Of a stretch of DNA of 64,000 bases, positions 31,715 to 41,594 are shown piece by piece; within the stretch, counting starts at the first letter, position 1; every line of letters begins with the position of its first letter. The stretch spans positions 800,001 through 864,000 of the forward strand of contig CAVUKA010000001.1 of NCBI GenBank assembly GCA_963741945.1. The letters are read 5' to 3'. Below the pieces are notes generated by a model. The model was not told the origin of the DNA, made no database searches, and was given only the letters and a program-made list of their open reading frames with translations. The position numbers and the translations under genes were made by a program. The stretch comes from an uncultured Gemmatimonadales bacterium (GTDB taxonomy: Bacteria; Gemmatimonadota; Gemmatimonadetes; Longimicrobiales; RSA9).

Positions 31715-31785
31715 GGCAACGTGACCGGTCGGCCGGGGCGGACTGCGTGGGCGCCCGAACGGGACGGGGGCTCCGGGAGCGGAAA

Positions 31786-32136
31786 ATGAGCAAGAAGGGG
31801 AAGCGGAAGAAGAAGCGGGCGGAGGAGGGGGCGGCGCCGGAGCCCGCCACCCCTCGCACGCTGCACTCCGCCATCGTCGCCGAGGAGCTGGACCTCCACG
31901 GACTGGGCGCGGACGAGGCCGAGCGGCGGCTTCAGATGTTCCTCGAGCGCATGGCCGCCACGGCGCCCGGCGAGGTGGTGCGGGTGATCACGGGCCGAGG
32001 GCTCGGCTCGCCCGGGCCGCCCATCCTCCAGGGCGTGGTCCGCGACGCCCTGAACGGCTGGCTCGCCCGGCGCGTCGACGACTGGGCCGTGGACGTGGGC
32101 AGCGGCGCGTATCTCGTGCGCGTGAAAGGCCGCTGA
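31786..32136 (+). CDS. Smr/MutS2-domain endonuclease
   Basis: ELDLHGL...EA, VRVITGRG..S, G.GAYLV. Confidence 0.85.
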   Translation: MSKKGKRKKKRAEEGAAPEPATPRTLHSAIVAEELDLHGLGADEAERRLQMFLERMAATAPGEVVRVITGRGLGSPGPPILQGVVRDALNGWLARRVDDWAVDVGSGAYLVRVKGR

Positions 32137-32155
32137 CGACCGGGGTTGGCCGGGC

Positions 32156-32389
32156 GTCGCCCTCGTCGCCCTCGTCGCCCTCGTCGCCCTCGTCGCCCTC
32201 GTCGCCCTCGTCGCCCTCGTCGCCCTCGTCGCCCTCGTCGCCCTCGTCGCCCTCGTCGCCCTCGTCGCCCTCGTCGCCCTCGTCGCCCTCGTCGCCCTCG
32301 TCGCCCTCGTCGCCCTCGTCGCCCTCGTCGCCCTCGTCGCCCTCGTCGCCCTCGTCGCCCTCGTCGCCCTCGTCGCCCTCGTCGCCCTC
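32156..32389. repeat. Perfect 9-bp microsatellite (GTCGCCCTC)x26
   Basis: 234 bp of uninterrupted repeat. Confidence 0.95.
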
Positions 32390-32628
32390 GTGCTGGGCGA
32401 CTCCGTCTCGAACGGCCATGGCCATGCCCCGGAGTCGACCGCACCGTGACGGGGTGCGCGGGAGATCACCCACACGTCGGGCGCGGGATCACGCATGGTT
32501 GAGGAATCGTCATATCCGCCGAGAAGTGCGCATGCGTGGCGGACACGTGGACGGGCGGTGAATCATCCGTGGTATCCACCAAAAAACGCCGCGGCGTCCC
32601 GGCGGGCGTGACTCGGGGGAAATAATCG

Positions 32629-33681
32629 ATGGCCCTCAGCGTTCCGAGGCAGCAGCGCCTCGATGCGGACGGTGTGATCCGCGGGATCGCGTCCCGGCAG
32701 CACGGCGTGGTGGCACGCCGGCAGCTGATGGACGCCGGTGTCTCCGGGCACAGGATCGACCAGCGCCTGCGCACGGGGCGGCTGGTCCGTCTTCACACTG
32801 GCGTTTACGGCGTTGCGCCGGTCCTGGCCCCCTGGCACACGGAGATGGCCGCTGTCCTTCGCTGCGGCCCCGGAGCAGCGCTGAGCCACCAGACGGCGGG
32901 GCAGCTCTGGGATTTCCTCCTGCAGGAGGCTGGATCGCGGGAAGCCGAACCGACGGTCGTCAGCACGACCACAGACGTGCGAATCCGCGCCAATAGGCGA
33001 GGCTCTGGTGCGCGCGCCGGCGCCCCTGCCGCCATGGGCCGGAGTGCTCCGCGGCCGGGCGAGGGGAGCGGAGCCGGGATCCGGATCCACAGGGTCCGTC
33101 GCCTCGAAGTCGATGAAGTCACGAAACGTGAGGGGCTACCGGTGACGACGCCGGCTCGCACGCTCTTCGACCTCGCGTCGTGCCTTACGGCGCACGATCT
33201 CGAGCGGGCCCTCTCCCGCGCGGACCGGCGCGGTCTGCTCGAGCAGCGAGACCTCGAGAAGCTGCTCACCCGGTATCCGAGACGCGCCGGCAACCAGCTC
33301 ATCCGGGCGCTCCTGCGCGGTGCCGAGGAGCTGCGGCTGACGCGGTCCGAGGCGGAAGCGCTCCTTCTCGATCTGGTCCGAGAGGCCAGTCTCCCTCGGC
33401 CCTCGACGAACGTGCGGGTCAATGGCTACGAGGTCGATTTCGCCTGGAGGGCGTACCGGCTGGTGGTGGAGGTGGACGGCTTCGAGTTCCACGGCCGGGC
33501 GCCCGCGTTCGAGAGGGATCGGCAGCGCGACGGGGTGCTCATCGCGGCCGGCTGGCGCGTCATGCGGGTGACGTGGAAGCAGCTCACCCGTCGCCCCGAG
33601 CAGGTGCTGGCGCGCCTGGTGCTGGCGCTCGCCTGCGGGCCCGGGGGTGTGGACGGCGTCATTGGGAAAGGTCCGCGCTGA
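32629..33681 (+). CDS. AbiEi-like N-terminal domain plus DUF559 (Vsr-like) nuclease-domain protein
   Basis: A.RQHGVV.R.QL, ALSH.TA..LW, PVTTPARTL.DLA, EVDF.W....LVVEVDG..FH, D..RD..L...GW.V.R.TW. Confidence 0.85.
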   Translation: MALSVPRQQRLDADGVIRGIASRQHGVVARRQLMDAGVSGHRIDQRLRTGRLVRLHTGVYGVAPVLAPWHTEMAAVLRCGPGAALSHQTAGQLWDFLLQEAGSREAEPTVVSTTTDVRIRANRRGSGARAGAPAAMGRSAPRPGEGSGAGIRIHRVRRLEVDEVTKREGLPVTTPARTLFDLASCLTAHDLERALSRADRRGLLEQRDLEKLLTRYPRRAGNQLIRALLRGAEELRLTRSEAEALLLDLVREASLPRPSTNVRVNGYEVDFAWRAYRLVVEVDGFEFHGRAPAFERDRQRDGVLIAAGWRVMRVTWKQLTRRPEQVLARLVLALACGPGGVDGVIGKGPR

Positions 33682-33889
33682 CCGCCCCGACCAGAGCCGC
33701 TCAGCGGCCGGTCCGCCTCCCGGCCGCCGACGCATCTGACGCCGGCTCGGCTTCGACATGTGGCTGCCTCTGCGCTGCGTCGGGTCGGCGGGTCGCCGGA
33801 CGATCGTCGCGGGGGGGGCACCCCTACGATCGTCCGGCGCGCGCCGCGGGTCAACCGCCGCCGGCCGCCAGCTCCGCCACCCGCCGGGG

Positions 33890-35596
33890 TCAACCGCCTC
33901 CCGCCGCCACCGCCGCCGCCCGCTCCAGCGCGGCGCGGGCGTCCACCACGCCGCCGCTGACGGAGAGCTGTCCAAACGGGAGCCGCTGGCCCGGTGAGCC
34001 GGGGACGGCCACGATCGCCTCCCTGTACGGCCGGGCGGAGTCCAGGATCACCTGGCGGACCTGCGCGGCCGTGAGCTCCGGATAGTACGCCATGATCAGC
34101 GCGGCCACGCCCGTGACCACCGGCGCGGCGAAGCTGGTGCCGTCGCCCGTCTGGTAGTCGTTGCCGGGCGCGGTGGTGGTGATCGCCACGCCGGGCGCGA
34201 ACACGTCGACCTGCTTCTGGCCGTAGTTGCTGAACGGCGCCGCGAGCGCTTCCCCGCCCTGCCAGTCCGAGGCGCCGACCTCGATCCAGTTCGACGCCTC
34301 TCCGCCATTGGCGTAGTCGCGATTCGGATAGTTCCCCGCCACCGCAAGGTCCTGTCCGTCGTTCCCGGCCGCATGGACCAGGAGCACGCCCTTCGACTCC
34401 GCGTACTTCACCGCCGCGTCCACCGCCGACTTCCCGGGCGAATAGCCTTTGCCGAAGCTCATGTTGATGATGTCCGCGCCATTGTCCACGGCGTAGCGTA
34501 TGGCGTTCGCCACGTCCTTGTCCCGCTCGTCGCCATCGGGCACCGTTCGCACCACCATGATACGGGCGCTCGGCGCCACGCCGTCCTGGCCGATGCCGTT
34601 GCCGCGCACTGCCGCGATGATGCCGGCCACGCCCGTGCCGTGGCCCGGGTCGGGGCCGACCACGTCGGCGTTGCCGTACTCACGCTGCGTGAGGTCGGCA
34701 TAGTCGTCGCCCACGATGGGGCGCGGATCGAAATCCGGGTTGAGCGAGCGCTCCAGCGCGGTCTCGAGCCGCGCCTGCTCGTCGGCGATCATGGCGGGCG
34801 TGATCCCGGCGGAGGCCAGCTGCAGGTAGATCATCTGGGCCTGCCGCACGTCCGAGCGCATCGGCACCACGCTCCGGACCGCATCGACGGTCAGGCTGTC
34901 GCGCCCGAGCTGGCTCCGCAGAGTGCCGACAGCCCGATCCACCGCCGCTGCCATCTGCTGCACCTGCATCAGCTGCTGCTCGGTGTCGCTGCGCTGCGCC
35001 GTGAACGCCGAGTCGATGCGGGCACACGGGACGCTCCCGGCCACTACCGCTCCGGCGCCGGAAGGCTGCGCCTGGCACGTGGCGTACAGCCGCGTCACCT
35101 CGTAGGTGTCGTCGTCCACGTCCCGGCCGTCCGCGCCGCCGATGAAGTTCCACCCGCGGACGTCGTCCACGTACCCGTTCCCGTCATCGTCCACGCCGTT
35201 CCCCGCCACTTCGCCCGGGTTCGCCCACAGGTTCGCGTGCAGGTCCACGTGCGCGGTGTCCACACCGGAATCGATGACGCCGACGACCACGGTCCGCTTC
35301 GGCGCCCTGCCGGCCAGCGCCCTATACGCCGCTTCCACGCCCGCCCCGGGCGATGCGGCGTCCGCATCGGCAAGCCACCAGTGGGCGGGAGCGGTCGCCA
35401 ACGCCGGGGCATCCGCGCTCGGCGGCGCCGGGGCGGCGGCCGGGGCTTCCGCGGCGGCCGCCGCCGTCTCCGCCGGTGCTCCGGGCGCGGTGGCCGCACG
35501 GGGTCCGGCCTCCGGCACGGGCGCGGCGGGGGGCGAGGAGGGGGTGCAGCCGGCGAGGGCCACAGCGATCAGGAGAGGCAGTTGGAAGCGCTTCAT
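33890..35596 (-). CDS. S8 subtilisin-like serine protease, lipoprotein
   Basis: Lipobox LAGC; VIDSGVD, HGTGVAGII, GTSFAAP catalytic triad. Confidence 0.92.
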   Translation of the reverse strand: MKRFQLPLLIAVALAGCTPSSPPAAPVPEAGPRAATAPGAPAETAAAAAEAPAAAPAPPSADAPALATAPAHWWLADADAASPGAGVEAAYRALAGRAPKRTVVVGVIDSGVDTAHVDLHANLWANPGEVAGNGVDDDGNGYVDDVRGWNFIGGADGRDVDDDTYEVTRLYATCQAQPSGAGAVVAGSVPCARIDSAFTAQRSDTEQQLMQVQQMAAAVDRAVGTLRSQLGRDSLTVDAVRSVVPMRSDVRQAQMIYLQLASAGITPAMIADEQARLETALERSLNPDFDPRPIVGDDYADLTQREYGNADVVGPDPGHGTGVAGIIAAVRGNGIGQDGVAPSARIMVVRTVPDGDERDKDVANAIRYAVDNGADIINMSFGKGYSPGKSAVDAAVKYAESKGVLLVHAAGNDGQDLAVAGNYPNRDYANGGEASNWIEVGASDWQGGEALAAPFSNYGQKQVDVFAPGVAITTTAPGNDYQTGDGTSFAAPVVTGVAALIMAYYPELTAAQVRQVILDSARPYREAIVAVPGSPGQRLPFGQLSVSGGVVDARAALERAAAVAAGGG

Positions 35597-35723
35597 GCGT
35601 CGGATCGTGAAAAAGGACGTGCGGGGCCCCGGTGGCAGCCCGCTCCGGGCCGGATACCCGCGAGCGCACCATTGTTGCCATCGGGTGCCATCGGGCGGCC
35701 TCCGCCGGATCCTGGCCCCCGCC

Positions 35724-37439
35724 TCACTCCTCGGGCGGGATGAATGCGGCCGCGTCGTCGGCCCCCGGCGCGCGGTAGTTCACGCCCAGCGCATCCAGCC
35801 GTTTCAGCTGCGCCCGCAGCCGGGTCGAGAAACCGCGCCAGTCGCGAGACGACGCCGGGGACCATACCACTTCGGAGAGCGCCAGCATCCGGGGCACGGC
35901 CATGTACTCCGCATGGGCGGGCGTGGTGATGTACTCCGTCCAGAGATTCCCCTGCGCGCCCAGCACGTGCCGCGCGGCGTCCGCGCCCAGTGTCGGCGGC
36001 ACCGGCTCGAAGGCGTACACTTTTCGCAGTGGCGTGAATCCGCCGATCGCCAGCGGCTCGGTGACGGGGTCGCCCTGGTAATAATCGAAGTAGAGGTGGC
36101 TGGTGGGCGTCATGATGACGTCGTGACCGGCCAGTGCCGCCTCGATCCCGCCCCGCATGCCCCGCCACGACATGACCGTGGCTTCCGGGGCCAGCCCGCC
36201 CTCCAGGATCTCGTCCCACCCGATGAGCTTGCGCCCGTGCGCGCCCAGGAAGCCCTCGATGCGGCGGATGAACCAGCTCTGCAGCTCCGTCTCGTCCGCC
36301 AGCCCCTCGCGCCGGATCACCGCCTGGGCCGTGTCGCTGCCCTCCCACGCGGTTTTCGGTGCCTCGTCGCCCCCGATGTGGATGTACTCGCCCGGGAACA
36401 GGTCCATGACCTCCAGCAGCACGTTCTCCAGGAAGGTGAACGTGGCTTCCTTCGGGCAGTAGATGTCCTCGAAGACGCCCCATTGCGTGGCTACCGCGTA
36501 CGGCCCGGGCCCGCAGCCCAGCTCCGGGTACGCCGCCAGCGCAGCCAGCGCGTGTCCGGGCATCTCGATCTCGGGGATGATCGTGATGTAGCGCGCCGCC
36601 GCGTACGCGACGATGTCCCGGACCTGCGCCCGCGTGTAGTAGCCGCCGTAGCGCGTTCCGTCTCCCACGAACGGGTCCGCGTCCCGGCCCACCTGCGTCT
36701 CGGCCCGCCACGCCCCCACCCGGGTGAGCCGCGGGTACTTCTCGATCTCGACACGCCACCCCTGGTCGTCGGTGAGATGCCAGTGGAACGTGTTGAACTT
36801 GTAGAGCGCCAGCAGGTCGATGTACCGCTTGATGAATGGCACCGGGAAGAGGTGCCGCGCTACGTCCAGGTGCATGCCGCGGTAGGGAAAGCGCGGGGCG
36901 TCCTCGATCACTCCGGCCGGGATCGTCCACGCCCCGGGGTCCCGCTCCACGACCCGCTCCGCCGACACCGGCAGCAGCTGCCGCAGCGTCTGCGTGCCAT
37001 GGAACAGCCCGGCGGGCGTGGGGGCCGTCAGTGCGACACCGGACGCGCCGACCTCGAGCCGGTACGCCTCCGGCGACGGCCACTCCGCACCCGGCTCCAG
37101 CGTCAGCGAGATGGCATCCGCCGCGTCGCCATCCGCGGCACTGGCGGCGACCACCACCGGGAGCGGAAGACCGGTCGCCGCACGGACCGGCGCGCTGAAC
37201 AGCTCGGCGATCTGCCGCAGCGCTGCGTCCCCGCCGGCCATCAGGACGATGCGCGTGCCCGCGTCCAGCCGGAACACGCCATCCAGGGGAAGCACGCTCC
37301 GGGGCAGCGGCACCACGGGGTAGCGCGCCTGCAGCGGCGCCGGCTCCACGCGCGCAGGCGGCGGGGCGTGGTGGGCGCAGGCCGCAGCCAGGGGGAGGAG
37401 CGCGAGCGGATACAGGCGGCTCCGAAGCGGGCGCTGCAC
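35724..37439 (-). CDS. Beta-N-acetylhexosaminidase (GH20)
   Basis: D.PRF.YRGMHLDVARH, HWHLTDDQGWR, PEIEMPGH, HIGGDE, GAQGNLWTEY. Confidence 0.93.
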   Translation of the reverse strand: MQRPLRSRLYPLALLPLAAACAHHAPPPARVEPAPLQARYPVVPLPRSVLPLDGVFRLDAGTRIVLMAGGDAALRQIAELFSAPVRAATGLPLPVVVAASAADGDAADAISLTLEPGAEWPSPEAYRLEVGASGVALTAPTPAGLFHGTQTLRQLLPVSAERVVERDPGAWTIPAGVIEDAPRFPYRGMHLDVARHLFPVPFIKRYIDLLALYKFNTFHWHLTDDQGWRVEIEKYPRLTRVGAWRAETQVGRDADPFVGDGTRYGGYYTRAQVRDIVAYAAARYITIIPEIEMPGHALAALAAYPELGCGPGPYAVATQWGVFEDIYCPKEATFTFLENVLLEVMDLFPGEYIHIGGDEAPKTAWEGSDTAQAVIRREGLADETELQSWFIRRIEGFLGAHGRKLIGWDEILEGGLAPEATVMSWRGMRGGIEAALAGHDVIMTPTSHLYFDYYQGDPVTEPLAIGGFTPLRKVYAFEPVPPTLGADAARHVLGAQGNLWTEYITTPAHAEYMAVPRMLALSEVVWSPASSRDWRGFSTRLRAQLKRLDALGVNYRAPGADDAAAFIPPEE

Positions 37440-37441
37440 GG

Positions 37442-38068
37442 CTATCCCTGCTCCACCACCGCGTTCTCCTCGCCCGGCGCGAAGTAGAACGTCTTCTGCT
37501 TCTCTTCCGGGAAACGCACGAACTTCATGATGTTGCGCTGGTCCTTGAACCGATCGAAGAGCAGGGTGTTGCGCACGTGCAGCTCCCCCACTTCCCGCGG
37601 AGCACGATACTCCACGATCACCCACCACACCGGCTCCCGGTCCAGCTCGTCCTCACCGCTCTGTAGCAGTCGCGGCTCCAGCACCACGGCCGGTGCCGCC
37701 GCGCTGGCCCCGGGAACCCGGACCTCCAGGTGCGCCCGCACATAACGGAGCACCATCGCGTCGGCTTCGGGCCCCGCTTCCAGGGTCATGGCATCGGCGT
37801 TCACGAGCGGCCCGAGCGCCTTCTCCAGGTCGTTCTTGAACATGCGGATCCGCCCCGCCACCACGTCGCCCTCGATCGCCATGTCGGCGTAGGCGATGTG
37901 GAGGTCGTGGGCCGCCGCGATGGGCGCCGCGGCCGCTTCGTGGCGGGAACCGTTCACGGGCTCGGCCGGCGCCGGAACGGACCGGCCTGCCGCGGCAAGC
38001 AGCGGAGTCCCGAGCACGAGCACGACCCACGCCCCGAAGCGGCCGCCCCGGTCAGCGCGTCTCCGCAT
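37442..38068 (-). CDS. DUF6702-like exported protein
   Basis: AHD.H....., R.F.NDLE.AL, NTLLFD.F.DQ.NI; operon context with M1 peptidase and HupE. Confidence 0.65.
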   Translation of the reverse strand: MRRRADRGGRFGAWVVLVLGTPLLAAAGRSVPAPAEPVNGSRHEAAAAPIAAAHDLHIAYADMAIEGDVVAGRIRMFKNDLEKALGPLVNADAMTLEAGPEADAMVLRYVRAHLEVRVPGASAAAPAVVLEPRLLQSGEDELDREPVWWVIVEYRAPREVGELHVRNTLLFDRFKDQRNIMKFVRFPEEKQKTFYFAPGEENAVVEQG

Positions 38069-40178
38069 GCCCCTCCACGCTCTTCGCCACCCACGTGTTG
38101 TTGTCCCGGTCGATGTCCGCGAACGCCTCGTCGGGATCGAGCGTGACGCTCACCAGGTCCTTGTCGCTGAAGAAGCCCCGGGTGAACTCCAGCTCGTTGC
38201 CGCGCCACACGTCCACGGGGAGGTCGAAGCGGTCGCTGGTGCCGTCCGTGTACGTGGCCTCGATCTGGAGCGGCATGACCAGGCCGCCCTTGTTCTCCAC
38301 CGTCACGCGGTAGTAGTGCGCGGACGTGGCATCGTCGCCCAGCAGCTCCTTCGCGTCCTGCGCCGTGACGCTCTTGATGGCCTGGTCGTTCGCGTGCGTG
38401 GTGTAGAACCAGCCGCGCCAGAACCACGCCATGTTCTCCCCCGCGCCCTCGTCCATGGAGCGGAAGAAGTCCGCCGGCTGCGGGTGCTTGAACTCCCACG
38501 CCTTGGCGTAGCCGCTGAACGCCTGGTCGAACGCCTGGTTGCCCAGGATGGTCTCGCGCAGCATGTGCAGCCCCGTGGCCGGCTTCGAGTAGCCGTTGTT
38601 GCCGAAGTCCTTCGCGATGAGGTCGGACTCGGTCATGATCGGCTCCTGGTCCGGGTCCCTCATGTAGGCGACGATCCCCGGCGCCGGGCCGCGCTGGCTC
38701 GGGAACGTGCAGCTCTCGTTCTGCGTCCACTCCTTCCCGCAGTACGTCTTCGCGTAGTCCTGCTCGCCGTAGTACTGGAGGAACGTGTTCAGCCCCTCGT
38801 CCATCCACGTCCACTTCCGCTCGTCGCTCGCCACGATCATCGGGAACCAGTTGTGCCCCACCTCGTGCACGGTCACGCCGATGAGCGCCTGCTCGGTACG
38901 ATCCGAGTACGTGCCATCGGGCTGCGGCCGCGCGCCGCAGAACGCGATCATCGGGTACTCCATCCCGCCCGCGGGCCCGTTGGCGTTCACGGCCTTCGGG
39001 TACGGGAACTCGAACGCCATGCGGCCGTACGTCTTCAGCGTCTGGAGCGTGGCCCGCGTGCTGACCTTGTCCCACAGCGGCATGGCGTCCCGCGGGTACA
39101 GGGAATGGACCCGGATGAGGCGGTCGGCGTCATCCGCGTAGCGGAAGCCGGCCGCGTCCCACACGTACGTCTTCGAGCTGACCCAGGCGAAGTCACGGAC
39201 GTTCTGGGCCCTGAAGTGCCAGGTCAGCATCCCCTTCTGCACGGGCCGGCTGGATGGGTCGTCCACATCGTCGGCAGTGCGGATGAAGACGGGCGTCTCG
39301 CTCGTGTACGCGCGCTCCAGCCGCTGCCGCTGCGTGGCCGTCAGCACGTCTTCCGGGTTCTGAAGCAGCCCGGTGGCGTCGACCATGTGGTTCCACGGCA
39401 CCGTGATCTCGACGTCGTAGTCGCCGAAATTGAGGTAGAACTCGCCGCGACCGAGGAACTGCTCGGTCTGCCAGCCGTTCACATCGTCGTAGACGGACAT
39501 GCGCGGGAACCACTGCGACATCTCGTAGATCCACCCGTCGCTCACCAGCTCCTTCCCGCCCCGGCCCCGGTCCGGGACGGCGTAGCTCCAGTCGATCTCC
39601 AGCTGGACCTGGCCGCCCGGCTCCACCGCCGCGGGGAGGTCGACACGCATGATCGTGTTGTTGATCCGGTGCGGCGCGTCCACCAGCCGGCCGTCGGACC
39701 TCACCACCTGCACCCGCTCGATCCGGTCCCCGCCGTCGAACGGCTCCATCCCCACGAAGCGACGGAACGCCGCGCTCACCTTCTCCGGCAGCGCCCCCTG
39801 CATCTGGTACGTCCGGCTGTGCTCGATCGAGCGCACGTTCTGGTCGAGCTGGAGCCAGAGAAACGGAAGCGCGTCCGGCGAGTTGTTGTGGTACGTGATC
39901 CGCTCCGTGCCGGTGAGGGCCTGACGGACCGTGTCCAGCGTCGCCTTGATGACGTAGTCGGCCTTCTGCTGCCAGTACGCGTGGCCGGGCGCACCCGCGG
40001 CGTTCCGGTACTCGTTCGGGTCCGGCCACTGCTCCACGGGCCGGAACATGGACTGGTTCGTTTTGCTCCCGTCGTCATGGAGCCAGTGCTGGGCGTGGGC
40101 CCGGGCGGGCGACGCCAGGACCAGGGCGACGAGCAGGACGGCGGCGCGGCCGAGGGCGCGCGTCAACAATGAAGGCAT
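38052..40178 (-). CDS. M1 family metallo-aminopeptidase
   Basis: YWQQKADY, GGMEYPM, HEVGHNWF...WMDEG zinc motif. Confidence 0.92.
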   Translation of the reverse strand: MPSLLTRALGRAAVLLVALVLASPARAHAQHWLHDDGSKTNQSMFRPVEQWPDPNEYRNAAGAPGHAYWQQKADYVIKATLDTVRQALTGTERITYHNNSPDALPFLWLQLDQNVRSIEHSRTYQMQGALPEKVSAAFRRFVGMEPFDGGDRIERVQVVRSDGRLVDAPHRINNTIMRVDLPAAVEPGGQVQLEIDWSYAVPDRGRGGKELVSDGWIYEMSQWFPRMSVYDDVNGWQTEQFLGRGEFYLNFGDYDVEITVPWNHMVDATGLLQNPEDVLTATQRQRLERAYTSETPVFIRTADDVDDPSSRPVQKGMLTWHFRAQNVRDFAWVSSKTYVWDAAGFRYADDADRLIRVHSLYPRDAMPLWDKVSTRATLQTLKTYGRMAFEFPYPKAVNANGPAGGMEYPMIAFCGARPQPDGTYSDRTEQALIGVTVHEVGHNWFPMIVASDERKWTWMDEGLNTFLQYYGEQDYAKTYCGKEWTQNESCTFPSQRGPAPGIVAYMRDPDQEPIMTESDLIAKDFGNNGYSKPATGLHMLRETILGNQAFDQAFSGYAKAWEFKHPQPADFFRSMDEGAGENMAWFWRGWFYTTHANDQAIKSVTAQDAKELLGDDATSAHYYRVTVENKGGLVMPLQIEATYTDGTSDRFDLPVDVWRGNELEFTRGFFSDKDLVSVTLDPDEAFADIDRDNNTWVAKSVEGHAETR

Positions 40179-40323
40179 GGGCTCTGTTTCTTCCGATGAA
40201 AGTGCGATGGGGCTGTGGCCAACGGGTGCGGTATACCTGTGGTACAAGACGGCTTCCGGCAAGGTTTCGTTGCACCGGGCCGGGGGCGCCGGGGCAGGGA
40301 CAGGCGGCCCGGTGCGCGCACGG

Positions 40324-41004
40324 CTATCCCGGCAGCCGTTGCACCACCAGCATGAGCGCCACCGCACCCGCTCCCCCCGAGAGCAGCAGCGTCCAGCCGC
40401 GGCGCGGGAGCCGGAGCGCGCCGGTCGCCAGGCCGGCGGCCGCCATGATCGTCACCACGATGGCAATCTGACCCAGCTCCAGTCCCACGTTGAACGACAG
40501 CAGCGGGAGGGCGATGGACGCCTCCGCGCCCAACGCGGCGCGCAGGAAGTTGGAGAACCCCAGCCCGTGGATGAGGCCGAAGCAGAGGGCGAGGCCGTAC
40601 TTGGCGACGCGGGCGTTGGGCGGCTCCAGCGTGCTGCCGGCGGGGCGGCCGCCGCCTGCGCCGCGGCGCTCGACCGCAACGGCGAAATCGCTCGTCCGCC
40701 TGTGCGGCGGGTGCCGGGCCGTCCAGCCCAGCTCGGCGGCGTTGAGGATTGCCGTCGCCAGGATGGTCAGCGCGATCAGGAGCTCCACCAGCTGGGACGG
40801 GACGCGGACCAGGTCCAGCGTCGCCAGCACCAGCGTCACGGTGTGGCCCACCGTGAACGCGGTGACCAGCACGAGCACCCGCAGCCATTCCCGGGGGGCG
40901 TAGATGGCAGTCAGCGCAACCAGGAAGAGGATGTGGTCGTAGCCCCGGGGGTCGAGGATGTGCTCGAGCCCGAGGCGCAGGTAGACCAGGATCTCCGACA
41001 ACAT
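40324..41004 (-). CDS. HupE/UreJ family membrane protein
   Basis: LGLEHIL...YDHILFL, TAFTVGHTVTL, FGLIHGLGF, FNVGLELGQ. Confidence 0.9.
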   Translation of the reverse strand: MLSEILVYLRLGLEHILDPRGYDHILFLVALTAIYAPREWLRVLVLVTAFTVGHTVTLVLATLDLVRVPSQLVELLIALTILATAILNAAELGWTARHPPHRRTSDFAVAVERRGAGGGRPAGSTLEPPNARVAKYGLALCFGLIHGLGFSNFLRAALGAEASIALPLLSFNVGLELGQIAIVVTIMAAAGLATGALRLPRRGWTLLLSGGAGAVALMLVVQRLPG

Positions 41005-41069
41005 GGGCGGCCAAGCTACGGCACGCGGCCCCGACCCGCCACGCCCCGGGTCACGGCGGGCGGTGGGCC

Positions 41070-41528
41070 TCAGCCCCCGGCCACCACCATGCTGTCCTCG
41101 ATGGCGCGCGCCAGCCGACCCGGCTGGTCGGTGCCCAGGAGGAAGGACTTGCCATTCTTCATGCGGACGTGCACAGCGTCCAGGCCGCTGACGTTGTAGA
41201 GCCAGCCCCGCCGCGTCCAGTGGATCCCCCAGCCGCTGAGCAGGGAGGTGCGCGTGGGCTCGACCGCCTCGATCTCCGACACCGGTACCGAACGGCCGAA
41301 CACGCCAGGGCCGAACTGCCAGCCGAGCACGCCCGACTGAACCGTTATGGTCAGCGATCGGAAGACCACGGCGGCGCCGCCCAGCAGCACGACCCCCGGC
41401 AGCGCGGCCCACCGAACGGCTTTGTCGGCATCCTCCATCGGCGCGAGGAAGAGGGCGAGGAGCATGCCTCCGAGGCCGGTCAGGATCGCGGCCACGAGGT
41501 AGTTCCCGGTCTGCGTGTGTCGGTACAT
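41070..41528 (-). CDS. Hypothetical membrane protein (PH-like C-terminal domain)
   Basis: Two TM helices; GWGI.W...GWLYNVSG, GTDQP..L motif. Confidence 0.7.
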   Translation of the reverse strand: MYRHTQTGNYLVAAILTGLGGMLLALFLAPMEDADKAVRWAALPGVVLLGGAAVVFRSLTITVQSGVLGWQFGPGVFGRSVPVSEIEAVEPTRTSLLSGWGIHWTRRGWLYNVSGLDAVHVRMKNGKSFLLGTDQPGRLARAIEDSMVVAGG

Positions 41529-41594
41529 GTCGCGAATCTCAGGAGTCCAGGTGCCGTTCCGACAGGCCCGTCGACCGCACGTCCCGCGCCGGCA

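Noticed and set aside
31932-32502. Poly-EGD, poly-RRG and poly-ATR ORFs
   Set aside because: They are open only because the 9-bp repeat has no stop codons; flanks show no coding signal.
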